From an uncultured bacterium (lineage in GTDB: Bacteria; SAR324; NAC60-12): a DNA stretch of 28,243 nucleotides. A program made the position numbers and the translations under genes. Below are positions 1 through 8,480 of the stretch, piece after piece; the first letter of the stretch is position 1, and each line of letters opens with the position of its first letter. The stretch is taken from the NCBI GenBank assembly GCA_964010765.1, contig CAXGMD010000044.1, positions 1 through 28,243 on the forward strand, written 5' to 3'. The notes beneath the pieces are model-generated. The model worked only from the letters and a program-made list of their open reading frames with translations. It was not told the origin of the DNA and did not search any database.

Positions 1-944
1 ATCTCGTTCAACATCCCCTCCATCGAAACTTCCTTTAGACCCACTTTCAGGTTTGGCAGTTTCCAGTCATTTGCCAAAAGTTCCCACAGTTTTTTCCTTA
101 TGTCATAAGGACAATTCTGGGAGTCGATCCCAATTAATCTGAGTCCTCGCAAGATGAGGGGCCAAACGGTTGTCGACAGTTCTGCACCTGCAACACTTCC
201 ACAAGTAGTGATGACTCCACCAGGCTGCGTGGTTTTCAGAGCCGTAGAGAGGGGAAGTCCACCGACATTGTCAATCACTCCATTCCATTGTGGCTTAAGA
301 AGTGGACGATTCCCTGAATCAACCGCTTCCTCACGATCTAAGATTTGTCGAACACCGAATTCTTTCAGCAGTGCTTTTCCATTATCATGTCCACTGACTG
401 CAGCAACCTCATATCCGCCATTCAGCAATAATCTCACTGCAATTGAACCGACCCCTCCTGCAGCTCCGGTCACTAAAACGGGTCCATTTTCTGGTTTGCA
501 GCCTGCCACTTTCAATTCCCAAAACGATTGTGCAGCAGTAAAACCAGCAGTGCCGTAGATCATTGCTTCCTGTAGGCTCAGGCTCTCTGGTAGGGGCAAA
601 ACCCACGCTGCGGGAACCCTGATGTATTCACCGAAGCCTCCATCTGTGTTCATTCCCAAATCGTAACTAGTGACAACGACCGGATCTCCAGCTTTGAAGT
701 CAGGATTGGTGGAAGCTGCAACAATACCGGAGGCATCAACACCTGGGGTGTGGGGGTAGTTTCGTGTTACTCCACGATTGCCTGAAGCAGAGAGCGCATC
801 CTTGTAATTTAGAGAAGAGTAATGCACTTGAATCAACACCTCTCCTTCTGGCAAATCTTCCGTACTACGCTCGATAATGCGCTGCACAAATTTGCTATCT
901 TCTTCAAAAATTCGTATCGCTTGGAAAGAGATGGGTGAAGACAT
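1..944 (-). CDS. YhdH/YhfP (AcuI-like) MDR-family quinone/acryloyl-CoA oxidoreductase, 3' end runs off the window
   Basis: Not in the ORF track because its stop lies outside the window. Manual translation from ATG 944 (GGAG RBS upstream) gives MSSPISFQAIRIFEED...VHYSSLNYKDALSASGNRGVTRNYPHTPGVDASG, then YGTAGFTAA and VTGAAGGVGS, all hallmark YhdH motifs. Confidence 0.9.
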   Translation of the reverse strand, partial: MSSPISFQAIRIFEEDSKFVQRIIERSTEDLPEGEVLIQVHYSSLNYKDALSASGNRGVTRNYPHTPGVDASGIVAASTNPDFKAGDPVVVTSYDLGMNTDGGFGEYIRVPAAWVLPLPESLSLQEAMIYGTAGFTAAQSFWELKVAGCKPENGPVLVTGAAGGVGSIAVRLLLNGGYEVAAVSGHDNGKALLKEFGVRQILDREEAVDSGNRPLLKPQWNGVIDNVGGLPLSTALKTTQPGGVITTCGSVAGAELSTTVWPLILRGLRLIGIDSQNCPYDIRKKLWELLANDWKLPNLKVGLKEVSMEGMLNE

Positions 945-1059
945 CAGCAGACTCCTTTTAGAAATTAGAACAGGAAGATGGCAGCCTGACTTTTTGAGAT
1001 GTGTGGGTCAGGCCTGTAGGAATATAAACGATTGGAGACTTTTTAGTAAGAAATGGTTG

Positions 1060-2007
1060 TCAACCTCCGATACGAGACATTCCCAAGTTGGATCCGGTGA
1101 AAGCAACTGGTTCCTTGAAAGCAATCGAGTGGGCAACTCGCTCGTTCAATTCGCTGGCAACTTCTTGCTGTTTTAGTAAGTGGTGAATAGCAGTAGGTGT
1201 TGGATTACTTAGGCAGCCAACGAGCTGGCCACTGGAGGTTAACCGTAATCTGGAGCAGGTAGAACAAAAGGGCGCGCTTTCATTGGGAATGATGCCGAAG
1301 TATCCTCCAGGCACCCAGTAGCGTTGGGCGGTAGCATCGTGCTCGGCTTCAACCTTTCGCCAAGAGTAGTGCTGACCGATCAATTCGAGAATTTCATTCA
1401 TTGGGAAAAGTGGAAAATTCTCTGCTTGAAATAGGGGCCCCATTCGCATTAGTTCGAGATATCTTAGCTCGATATCTCTCTCAATGGCATAGTCAAGAAG
1501 ATCAACGACCTCATGGTCATTGGCTCCTCGAATAACAACCATATTTAGTTTGATACGCAATCCGGCATTGAGAGCGGTTTCAATTCCCTCTAGTACACGT
1601 TCCAATCTTCCAGCACGCCCTAGTCTTTTGAAATTTTCAGGATCCAGAGAGTCTAGACTGATGTTGACAGAGTCCAGTCCTGCTTCTTTTAGGGGTGCGG
1701 CCAATTTGCTTAAATTCAAGCCGTTGGTAGTTAGACCGATACTCTCCACACCTTGTTGCCGAACACCAGCAATGAAACTGAGCAAATCTCGATGGAGCAG
1801 TGGTTCGCCACCTGTAATTCGAATTTTGGTGATACCGGAATGTCTAACCAGCAATGAGACTAATTTGAGCAGGTCTGAACTGGAGAGAGCATTAGGATCT
1901 GGAGTATGATCCTTGATACTCGTGACGCAGTAGGTGCAGGCCATGTTGCAGGATTCCCCTAAGGAAACGCGCAACTTGTTTATATTTCGACCGAAGCTGT
2001 CGAGCAT
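1060..2007 (-). CDS. moaA: GTP 3',8-cyclase MoaA (radical SAM, molybdenum cofactor biosynthesis)
   Basis: CNMACTYC radical-SAM motif, IRITGGEP, TTNG, NISLD, C-terminal FCSTCSRLR...GCL cluster and terminal MSRIGG. Start moved to ATG 2007 (MLDSFGR), which follows an AAGGAG RBS. Confidence 0.95.
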   Translation of the reverse strand: MLDSFGRNINKLRVSLGESCNMACTYCVTSIKDHTPDPNALSSSDLLKLVSLLVRHSGITKIRITGGEPLLHRDLLSFIAGVRQQGVESIGLTTNGLNLSKLAAPLKEAGLDSVNISLDSLDPENFKRLGRAGRLERVLEGIETALNAGLRIKLNMVVIRGANDHEVVDLLDYAIERDIELRYLELMRMGPLFQAENFPLFPMNEILELIGQHYSWRKVEAEHDATAQRYWVPGGYFGIIPNESAPFCSTCSRLRLTSSGQLVGCLSNPTPTAIHHLLKQQEVASELNERVAHSIAFKEPVAFTGSNLGMSRIGG

Positions 2008-2013
2008 GTGGGA

Positions 2014-2108
2014 ATCTCCTTTCCAAACATGGGAGGCGATTCTGTTTCCGGAATCACCCATCGTCTAGGAAGCCATTGCCGAGACCTTAGGCCACCAAGA
2101 TCGGAGAC
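2014..2108 (-). ncRNA. Moco RNA motif (Moco/Tuco riboswitch), variant lacking P3
   Basis: Minus strand reads GUCUCC-GA-UCUUGGUGGCC-UAAGGUCUCGGCAAU-GGCUUCCUAGA-CGAUG-GGUGAUUC-CG-GAAA-CA-GAAUCGCC-UCC-CAUGUUU-GGA-AA-GGAGAU. P1 GUCUCC/GGAGAU includes the RBS, P2 has the CCUAAG...AUGG core, P4 has a GAAA tetraloop, and the CGCCUCCC...UUUGGAAAGG 3' signature is present. It sits directly upstream of moaA. Confidence 0.9.
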
Positions 2109-2183
2109 AGTATTAGTAAGATTAAAAAAACTTTATCGAAAGACGTTAGGAAAAGTACTCTAAAAAAGCAAGCATGGTCTCTC

Positions 2184-3362
2184 CTAAAAAGTCATTCCCA
2201 TTTGGAAGAGAGGCATGTAAAGGGCCAGGAGAAGAGCTAGGACCATCAGCGCAACGAGCACCATGAAGAAAGGCTGTAGAAAAGCCTGCAATCGCTGACG
2301 ATCTCGTTGGATCTGCTGAAGTTGGTGATCGGCGATTCTCTGAAAAGCATAGGCGATTTGTTCGCTGGATTCCCCAAGATCCAGTAACCGAAGTTGTTCG
2401 GGGTTTAAGAAACTTGCTTCCTGATAAGCTTGATAAAGCTTTCTGCCTTGCAGGAGTGACTGCTGGATTCTGAGCTGCCTTGACAGCAGATTTTTGGGAA
2501 GAAGAGGCGAAGCCAACTCAAGCGCTTCCAATAACGGTAGTTCGACTTTCGTCATCAGTGCCAAAGCTTGTGAATATAGTTGAATTTGTACGGTTTGCTG
2601 AAGCCTTCCCAGCCATGGAAGCCAGTTCAGAATTTGGCTGATCGAAATTTTGCGATGAACTGAAATGGTGATTAGAGCAACGGTGAGTAGGCTTGCAAGC
2701 CAGGGAAGAGGTTGTAAACGCAAGCTGTCACTGAGTTGAAGAAGAGAAGCAGAGAGCCAGAAAAGTTCGTCTCCTTGGGCAAGGTAAAGTCTACGGAACA
2801 AGGGAACCAATAAGATCGTTGTTGCCAGAAAAATAGCTAAAGCAAATCCGGCTATGGTCAATGGATATCGAAGCAACTGCCAGCGCTCTTGTCTTTCCTG
2901 CTCCTGCAAGACATAAAGTTGTTGAAGAGCCCTCAAAATTGTTGGCAGTTGATCCGAATTTTCAGCAACAGCTAGCAGTCGAGTGAACAAATCTGGAAAG
3001 CCTTGTGCGATTTGAAAGGACTCTTGTAGCGAATTTCCGGATTCAAGATGCCGAAGCGCATTATGCAGCCGAAACTTGTTGGTTGGATCACTTTGAGAAC
3101 GAATTAGAAAGCGTAAGCAATCTTTAAGAGGCAGTCCTGAGTCTGCTAGTTGCTTCCATTGACCAGTCATCTCAGCCAGCCACGCTACGCTAAGGGACTT
3201 CTGTAGCTGGGTTGGCTCTACCGGATTGATTTGCAGCTGGAAAAATCCCTGATTATGTAGTTGTTGATGTATCTGCTCGAGGCTACCAGCCTCAATCAGA
3301 ATTCCTTCACAAGGCTGTCCTTCGCTGTTGACCCCTTGCCAGAAAACGTGCAATCTCTGCAT
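2184..3362 (-). CDS. Type II secretion system F family / type IV pilus platform protein (PilC/GspF-like)
   Basis: N-terminal FWQGVNSEGQPCEG, two T2SSF repeats (QLADSGLPLKDCL...LESGNSL; LDLGESS), YP before TM1, and C-terminal QP...LYMPLFQM. Confidence 0.85.
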   Translation of the reverse strand: MQRLHVFWQGVNSEGQPCEGILIEAGSLEQIHQQLHNQGFFQLQINPVEPTQLQKSLSVAWLAEMTGQWKQLADSGLPLKDCLRFLIRSQSDPTNKFRLHNALRHLESGNSLQESFQIAQGFPDLFTRLLAVAENSDQLPTILRALQQLYVLQEQERQERWQLLRYPLTIAGFALAIFLATTILLVPLFRRLYLAQGDELFWLSASLLQLSDSLRLQPLPWLASLLTVALITISVHRKISISQILNWLPWLGRLQQTVQIQLYSQALALMTKVELPLLEALELASPLLPKNLLSRQLRIQQSLLQGRKLYQAYQEASFLNPEQLRLLDLGESSEQIAYAFQRIADHQLQQIQRDRQRLQAFLQPFFMVLVALMVLALLLALYMPLFQMGMTF

Positions 3363-3482
3363 GACCTAAAGGTTTTAGGACTTGGTAGGACTTGTCATGG
3401 GAGTAAGTTGCTGTTACCCATCAAAGCGTGAGTAAATCATTGAGAAGTAGAGATATTGAAATTATTCCCCCAAAGGTGTTAG

Positions 3483-3827
3483 ATGTGTCCAGGTTCAGAT
3501 ATTCCAGAAATTTCGGTTTCTTCTACAGATAACTACCGCTCTCCTTTTCATCCAGAGGCAGTAACTTCCGTTTCTGCTGCCCCTCCCCCAACCCCAACGG
3601 ACCTGCAAATTTCTTCTCCAAATGAAGAAAATGCAAAGGCTGTAACAGTTCGAGCCTACGGATTGTTAGGATACACACGCAGCATTGATCTGCATTTTGA
3701 AATCAATGCCTTACACCCAGAGCGGATTTTCTATTTTGAGGGGAAACGCTACAAGATAGCGTCAGTTGTTGAGATGGGAGAGGGACAACTGGCAATCAAT
3801 GCCGTTTCGATTGAATATCGTACTTGA
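3483..3827 (+). CDS. Hypothetical protein (Pro/Ser-rich N-terminus, small beta-rich C-terminal domain)
   Basis: 114-aa ORF fills the gap between pilC and the TPR gene; AAAGGTG upstream of the ATG; converges on the TPR gene with a 2-nt gap. Confidence 0.6.
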   Translation: MCPGSDIPEISVSSTDNYRSPFHPEAVTSVSAAPPPTPTDLQISSPNEENAKAVTVRAYGLLGYTRSIDLHFEINALHPERIFYFEGKRYKIASVVEMGEGQLAINAVSIEYRT

Positions 3828-3829
3828 AT

Positions 3830-5089
3830 CTACTCATTAGACATTTCATTCAACCGATGTCGAGCCTGTGCTTGCCAGTAAGGAATAGAGCTTTCCTGTA
3901 GGTAGCGTTCATAGGCTTCTTGGGCAGGGGGATAGTTCCCCTGCATCTGAAAGAGATAGCCCAGTAGAAAGTGTCCGAACGGATACTGCCCGGGAAATTC
4001 TCTGATCAGTTCCTGAAGATCTCGAATCCCACCTTCATACTCTGTACGATCCGGTCTGTAATCCTGAATGCTTGCGTAAGAATCGAGAGAATCCTGCAGT
4101 TCTCCCAAGCGTAGATAGGTGATCCCAAGGTTCATCCGAACGTAATTGAGACTTGGCGCCAATTGCAGTGCCTGTTCTCCATACTCTATAGCCTTTTCAT
4201 ATTCTGCTAATAAATAATAGCCCCAGCCGAGATTGCCAAATAAGTAGGGATTACTGCTGTAGGGAGCTGCTTGTTCATATGCTTCTACTGACTTACGCAC
4301 AAGCGGAAGGTCGTACCGCGCCAACCCATCAGGCTGAAGTTCGTATCCTTGATAATAGTAGGTAGTCCCTAATTCCTGATAAATCTGACCCCGTCTCGCT
4401 GCAGATTCTTCTGTCTCTAATCCTTGCTCCAGAATAGCTATCGCGTCCTCAAAAGCTCTGGAGTTAAACAGCCCCTTGGCAACTACGATGTGGTAATTCA
4501 GACCACTCAATCCATCTCCGTAGAGTTCATTTTCATAGTCTTGAAGCCACTTAGCCAATTCATCCTTAGCAGACTTTTCATCTGTTTCTTCTCCTAGCAA
4601 TTTGGCGATGGTGTCTTGAAGCATCGGAACCAACTGGTCTCCCTGCACATAAAGATCTGAGCTACGCCAGGATGGTCGACCCGTATCCCAGAAGGAGTCC
4701 CAGGCACTTCGATTTTGTTGCTGGTTACTCATCGCCTGCATAAATTGAAACAGGTCAAAAGGTCTGGGGAAGGTAGTGAATAAAAGTGTGTAGAAAATTG
4801 TGAGAACCCCAATCGTAGCTAGTACAGGAGGCCACCACCGACGAAGGAGAGTAACTAGAGATAATTCATTTGGTGGAACTTGCGGAGGAGTACCAACTTC
4901 ACGCCAAATTGCAGAAGCTTGAAGAGGGCGTCCGGCTGCGTGAAGTAAGTTGCCTAGGTGGTAGAGCCATTTACGTTCATCGGCCTCACTTAGTTCTTTT
5001 TCTTGGACCAAGGCGCGCGCTTCCTTATCGTTGCCCGACTCCACAAGTCTTGCTAATTCAAAACCTAGTTGTGAGGAAGATTCTGGCAT
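3830..5089 (-). CDS. Membrane-anchored tetratricopeptide repeat protein
   Basis: One hydrophobic segment (PVLATIGVLTIFYTLLF) and multiple TPR motifs (YQELGTTYY, FGNLGWGYY...YEKAIEY, NLGITYL, HFLLGYLF). Confidence 0.85.
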   Translation of the reverse strand: MPESSSQLGFELARLVESGNDKEARALVQEKELSEADERKWLYHLGNLLHAAGRPLQASAIWREVGTPPQVPPNELSLVTLLRRWWPPVLATIGVLTIFYTLLFTTFPRPFDLFQFMQAMSNQQQNRSAWDSFWDTGRPSWRSSDLYVQGDQLVPMLQDTIAKLLGEETDEKSAKDELAKWLQDYENELYGDGLSGLNYHIVVAKGLFNSRAFEDAIAILEQGLETEESAARRGQIYQELGTTYYYQGYELQPDGLARYDLPLVRKSVEAYEQAAPYSSNPYLFGNLGWGYYLLAEYEKAIEYGEQALQLAPSLNYVRMNLGITYLRLGELQDSLDSYASIQDYRPDRTEYEGGIRDLQELIREFPGQYPFGHFLLGYLFQMQGNYPPAQEAYERYLQESSIPYWQAQARHRLNEMSNE

Positions 5090-5652
5090 TACGGTGCAAT
5101 CTCATGTGCGGCACACCACTCTTCATAGCTCATTTGTGCTTGGTGGGCTTTGTGTTGTCGATGTCGCAGCAATCCGTAGTAGGTCAAAAAATAGCTGCCA
5201 ATTGCAATTGGGAAAGCATAAAACAAGCTCCCCAGCATCATTGGTTCCCCCAATTCAATCAGTAAGTACTCTGCTCCTGAAACGATCGAACCCCATACAC
5301 TCTCCATGCCGAGGATTTCGGTCAGGCGATTCTCAAAAGTCGCATAGGTTAACTGCTCTTTGCCCTGTACCCAGCAGCCTGTTGTGAGAAAGCCATAGTA
5401 CATTGGTATCATTGTCAATGGATTACTGATCCAAACCATCGCAACACTGACAGGCAAATTAAATCTGAAATTCAAAAGATAACGGCAAAAACCCCAAACC
5501 AATGCCGCCAGGTACATTTGTATTCCCACTGTGGGTGTGAATCCCAGAAACATTCCGATTCCTACCCCCCAACTGACTTGACTGACTGAGGCCATGCTAT
5601 GCAGAACAGGATGGATCAGCCTTTTGTTTATCAGATAGATAAAATATTTCAT
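5089..5652 (-). CDS. DUF2062 family membrane protein
   Basis: VGIGMFLGFTPTVGIQ and VWISNPLTMIPMYY motifs; its TAA overlaps the TPR gene ATG (TAATG). Confidence 0.85.
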   Translation of the reverse strand: MKYFIYLINKRLIHPVLHSMASVSQVSWGVGIGMFLGFTPTVGIQMYLAALVWGFCRYLLNFRFNLPVSVAMVWISNPLTMIPMYYGFLTTGCWVQGKEQLTYATFENRLTEILGMESVWGSIVSGAEYLLIELGEPMMLGSLFYAFPIAIGSYFLTYYGLLRHRQHKAHQAQMSYEEWCAAHEIAP

Positions 5653-5943
5653 TCCCAGTAGACCTGGCTGCGCTTAACTTTTGAAAATTTTATTGATGCG
5701 TTCATCTTGGGAGAAACTTTCATTATTTTTCAAAACTTGTTTTAGACAAACCTGTAAGTCGCGTTTACCAAACTCGATCATTCTTGGGTCGAGTGGCCCA
5801 ATCATCAGTTTCAGGAGAGCACAGTTGACAAAGGTGGGAAAGAGACAATCTTTGGAAAGATCATTTCTACGATCAAATCACAAAAATTGTAAAAAATTAA
5901 TGGATTGATCTCAAGGAGAAGGCAGAGATATCTTTGATTCCTT

Positions 5944-6294
5944 TCAGGTTTGACAGTAGATGTCTTTAATCAATTCGAATAGTTCCAAGATTCGATCATT
6001 GGCAATCCGATAGAAGGAGAAGTTGGCTTCACGCCGTGATGTTACAATATCTCTGGAACGAAGAAGTGAGAGGTGTTGTGATAGTGTGGTTTGTTTCAAG
6101 CCCGTGTAGTATTCCAAATCCTGAACTGTTTGCTCACCTGTGCGCAGTGCACACAGAATCTTCAGGCGAGCTGGGTGTGCCAAAACTTTCAGACTTCGAG
6201 TGGCCTGATCAATATTTCGCTCTTGTGAACCAAAGAGCTGGTTGAGTTCGTCCCGTAAAGCTTCTGCGCGAGATGAGTAGGTAGTCGTTTCCAA
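5944..6294 (-). CDS. ArsR/SmtB family transcriptional repressor, BigR/SqrR/YgaV-like (two Cys)
   Basis: LKVLAHPARLKILC, LSQHLSLLR HTH, FYRI wing and C-terminal IYC; TTG start after GAGGAG. Confidence 0.88.
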   Translation of the reverse strand: METTTYSSRAEALRDELNQLFGSQERNIDQATRSLKVLAHPARLKILCALRTGEQTVQDLEYYTGLKQTTLSQHLSLLRSRDIVTSRREANFSFYRIANDRILELFELIKDIYCQT

Positions 6295-6592
6295 TGTCTC
6301 TCCTCAATGATTGTCCGATGGGGTGCCCCGAATAAAGAGACACTGCAGAAAAATTTTCTGAATTTTTGAAATGTCTTTATAGCATGCATGCAGCAGGATA
6401 GAAAGTAAACTATTTGAGAATATCAATATTCCAATTTTCCTTAAATTTTTCTGCGGCACGTATTCTGCAGCGTAAGGGATATGTGTACATTTTATTATCA
6501 GATCTTCAGCAATTAAAATGCTGAATTTAAAAGGAATTTGAGGGAATTTCATTTTGAATAATAAATAAAAATAATATTTTCAAGTTTTAGGT

Positions 6593-7948
6593 ATGGCGCA
6601 AGAAAACTCTCCAATTCCGTCCTTGTTCAAAGGTGTGGAGAATCCACAGGAGGGCGCTCGACCAAAATTAGAAGATACGGAATCATCCACTTCGGAAGTG
6701 GCCAATGAGGTAGACGCATTTTATGAAGATTTGTCGGATGTGGACAAAGTTTCTGAATATCAAATGCATACATCTTCTGAGTCACCGAATCCTCCACAAA
6801 AAATTGTCGACACTGGAGAGCAGGGGATTTCAAATCGATCGATCGATTTAGGGGAGTTTAAGGGAAATCTTGTACTGTATAGAAAGCAACTTGTCGCAAC
6901 CGCAGTTGCTTCAAATATGTTGGGGGTGGTGATGGGTTTTGGCGGTAGCCAATTCTGGACGACTGGCCCGGAGATAACTTCGTTGCAGGTATTATCAAAC
7001 TTGCCACCGACAGTTGTCGTTCCGCTGCTTGACCAGGAGGATGAGGCACCTGCTCTGGGGGGCACAGGTGAACCGAACCAAACTGGGAGTCGTCAAGAAA
7101 AGTTGGTGCCACTTGTTCCGTTGCCGGATCTACCTGAGCCTTCAATTCGTCAAGCTTCGGCAGACCCACCTGCAGAGCAGAGCGGAAAGTCAGGACCGAT
7201 TGTTGAGGAGCCGGTCTTGGTGGAAGCGCGAATGGAAAATCCGACTGAGGAAGAGAAACCAGCACCACCTCCGGTTACCGTTGCACCACCACCAGCTTTC
7301 AGAAATGAAAAAATTAATAAAATTGAGCATGCTGCTGATAAGAAAATTTCCAAACAAACTAACAACTCAGATCCGTCTTTAACACAGCCAAAAATAAAGT
7401 TTGCAATCTCAAAGAACAAAGAAATCAAACCAAGCTCCCTGAATCAGAATGAGCCAACCTATTTAGTCCAACTTGCCAGCTGTGTCACCGAGAATTGTGT
7501 GCTCGACTTTCAAAAAATAATGAAGCGTTTGTATCCACATCTTCCGGTTCGAGTTGTGCCATACACTTCGAGAAGAACGATCATTGAAGTTGTCTCCAGA
7601 GAAGCTTTCACCTTAGAAGATGGGAAACGATTGGTTGAGCAGTTGAACAGGGGCGACCAGATCAATTCAAAAGCATACTTAGAAAGCGTTCGAAGCAAAT
7701 TTCAGGTGGTATTAGGGCAAATCCCCAAGGGACAAAAACCAGAGGAATTAGTGAAAAAAATGAACAATATGTTCATAGGAGAAGTCTCGTTTATCAAAAA
7801 ATCAACCGAGCAAACGACAAAATATTTTCGGGTTCAAGTACCTGCCTTTGATGATCGTAAAAAAGCAGTGGCATTACAGAGGGAATTTCAGAAAGCTGAC
7901 AAGCAGATGGCGAGCGCTTTTCTAGTTCCTAATCCAAATAAACCTTGA
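6593..7948 (+). CDS. Bitopic membrane protein with Pro-rich linker and C-terminal SPOR-like domain(s)
   Basis: Acidic N-terminus, hydrophobic segment (LVATAVASNMLGVVMGFGG), Pro/Glu-rich linker, and SPOR-like strands YLVQLASC and YFRVQVPAFDDRKKAVALQ...AFLV. Confidence 0.7.
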   Translation: MAQENSPIPSLFKGVENPQEGARPKLEDTESSTSEVANEVDAFYEDLSDVDKVSEYQMHTSSESPNPPQKIVDTGEQGISNRSIDLGEFKGNLVLYRKQLVATAVASNMLGVVMGFGGSQFWTTGPEITSLQVLSNLPPTVVVPLLDQEDEAPALGGTGEPNQTGSRQEKLVPLVPLPDLPEPSIRQASADPPAEQSGKSGPIVEEPVLVEARMENPTEEEKPAPPPVTVAPPPAFRNEKINKIEHAADKKISKQTNNSDPSLTQPKIKFAISKNKEIKPSSLNQNEPTYLVQLASCVTENCVLDFQKIMKRLYPHLPVRVVPYTSRRTIIEVVSREAFTLEDGKRLVEQLNRGDQINSKAYLESVRSKFQVVLGQIPKGQKPEELVKKMNNMFIGEVSFIKKSTEQTTKYFRVQVPAFDDRKKAVALQREFQKADKQMASAFLVPNPNKP

Positions 7949-7971
7949 ATGATAGACTCGGAAGGAGAACA

Positions 7972-8358
7972 ATGTCACCAATGAGTAACTTGCTGGGGGG
8001 AATGATGCACTGGCTCAAGTTTGAGGCACAACTCTCAGCAGACGAGGTTGATGAACCTGAATTGAATGAGAAGAGAACCCTGCTCTACTTAAAACCAGAA
8101 GCCTTGAGACATGTGGTTGTCATCAATGATCTGGAAAAATATCAAAGTTCTCCAGAATTTGTAGAAGGTGGTCGTCTGATTGAAGTCAGCAAACAATATA
8201 ATTACACACTTCGTCAAGTTGCTGATCTGGTTGAAGAGCCGATGCAAGCTGACAGAAGACCTCACTTGAAAACATTGACTGGATCCATTAAAGGTCGTCC
8301 GGACCTAAGGCTTGCCCAACCCGGAGAGAATGGGATTGCTCTCGCTGAATCTTCTTAA
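7972..8358 (+). CDS. Hypothetical protein (128 aa)
   Basis: ATG 7972 preceded by GAAGGAG; follows the SPOR gene on the same strand and is followed by a strong hairpin. Confidence 0.7.
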   Translation: MSPMSNLLGGMMHWLKFEAQLSADEVDEPELNEKRTLLYLKPEALRHVVVINDLEKYQSSPEFVEGGRLIEVSKQYNYTLRQVADLVEEPMQADRRPHLKTLTGSIKGRPDLRLAQPGENGIALAESS

Positions 8359-8370
8359 AGAATCCCGATG

Positions 8371-8399
8371 GGGGAGGGAAGCCTTCCCCTTTCCTCCCC
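8371..8399 (+). terminator. GC-rich stem-loop after the 128-aa gene (terminator or mRNA-stabilising hairpin)
   Basis: GGGGAGGGAAG-ccttccc-CTTTCCTCCCC, an 11-bp stem with one G-U pair; the U-tract is weak. Confidence 0.55.
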
Positions 8400-8480
8400 G
8401 CTTGTACTGCTACCAAAGACCCACTAGACTAAACCCATCTAAACTTCTCTGTTCAAACAAAACTTTGAAATCAGGATCGC

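Noticed and set aside
154..558. Plus-strand 134-aa ORF and similar antisense ORFs (e.g. 1520-1909, 13855-14376, 8410-8856)
   Set aside because: They are shadows of well-supported genes on the opposite strand.
2008..2061. N-terminal extension of MoaA in the ORF track
   Set aside because: It lies within the riboswitch; the RBS and homologous start point to ATG 2007.
5681..5908. 75-aa ORF in the DUF2062-arsR gap
   Set aside because: TTG start without an RBS, no recognisable motif, and antisense to both neighbours.
6304..6552. 82-aa ORF upstream of arsR
   Set aside because: Falls in AT-rich divergent promoter DNA and has no convincing RBS or protein features.
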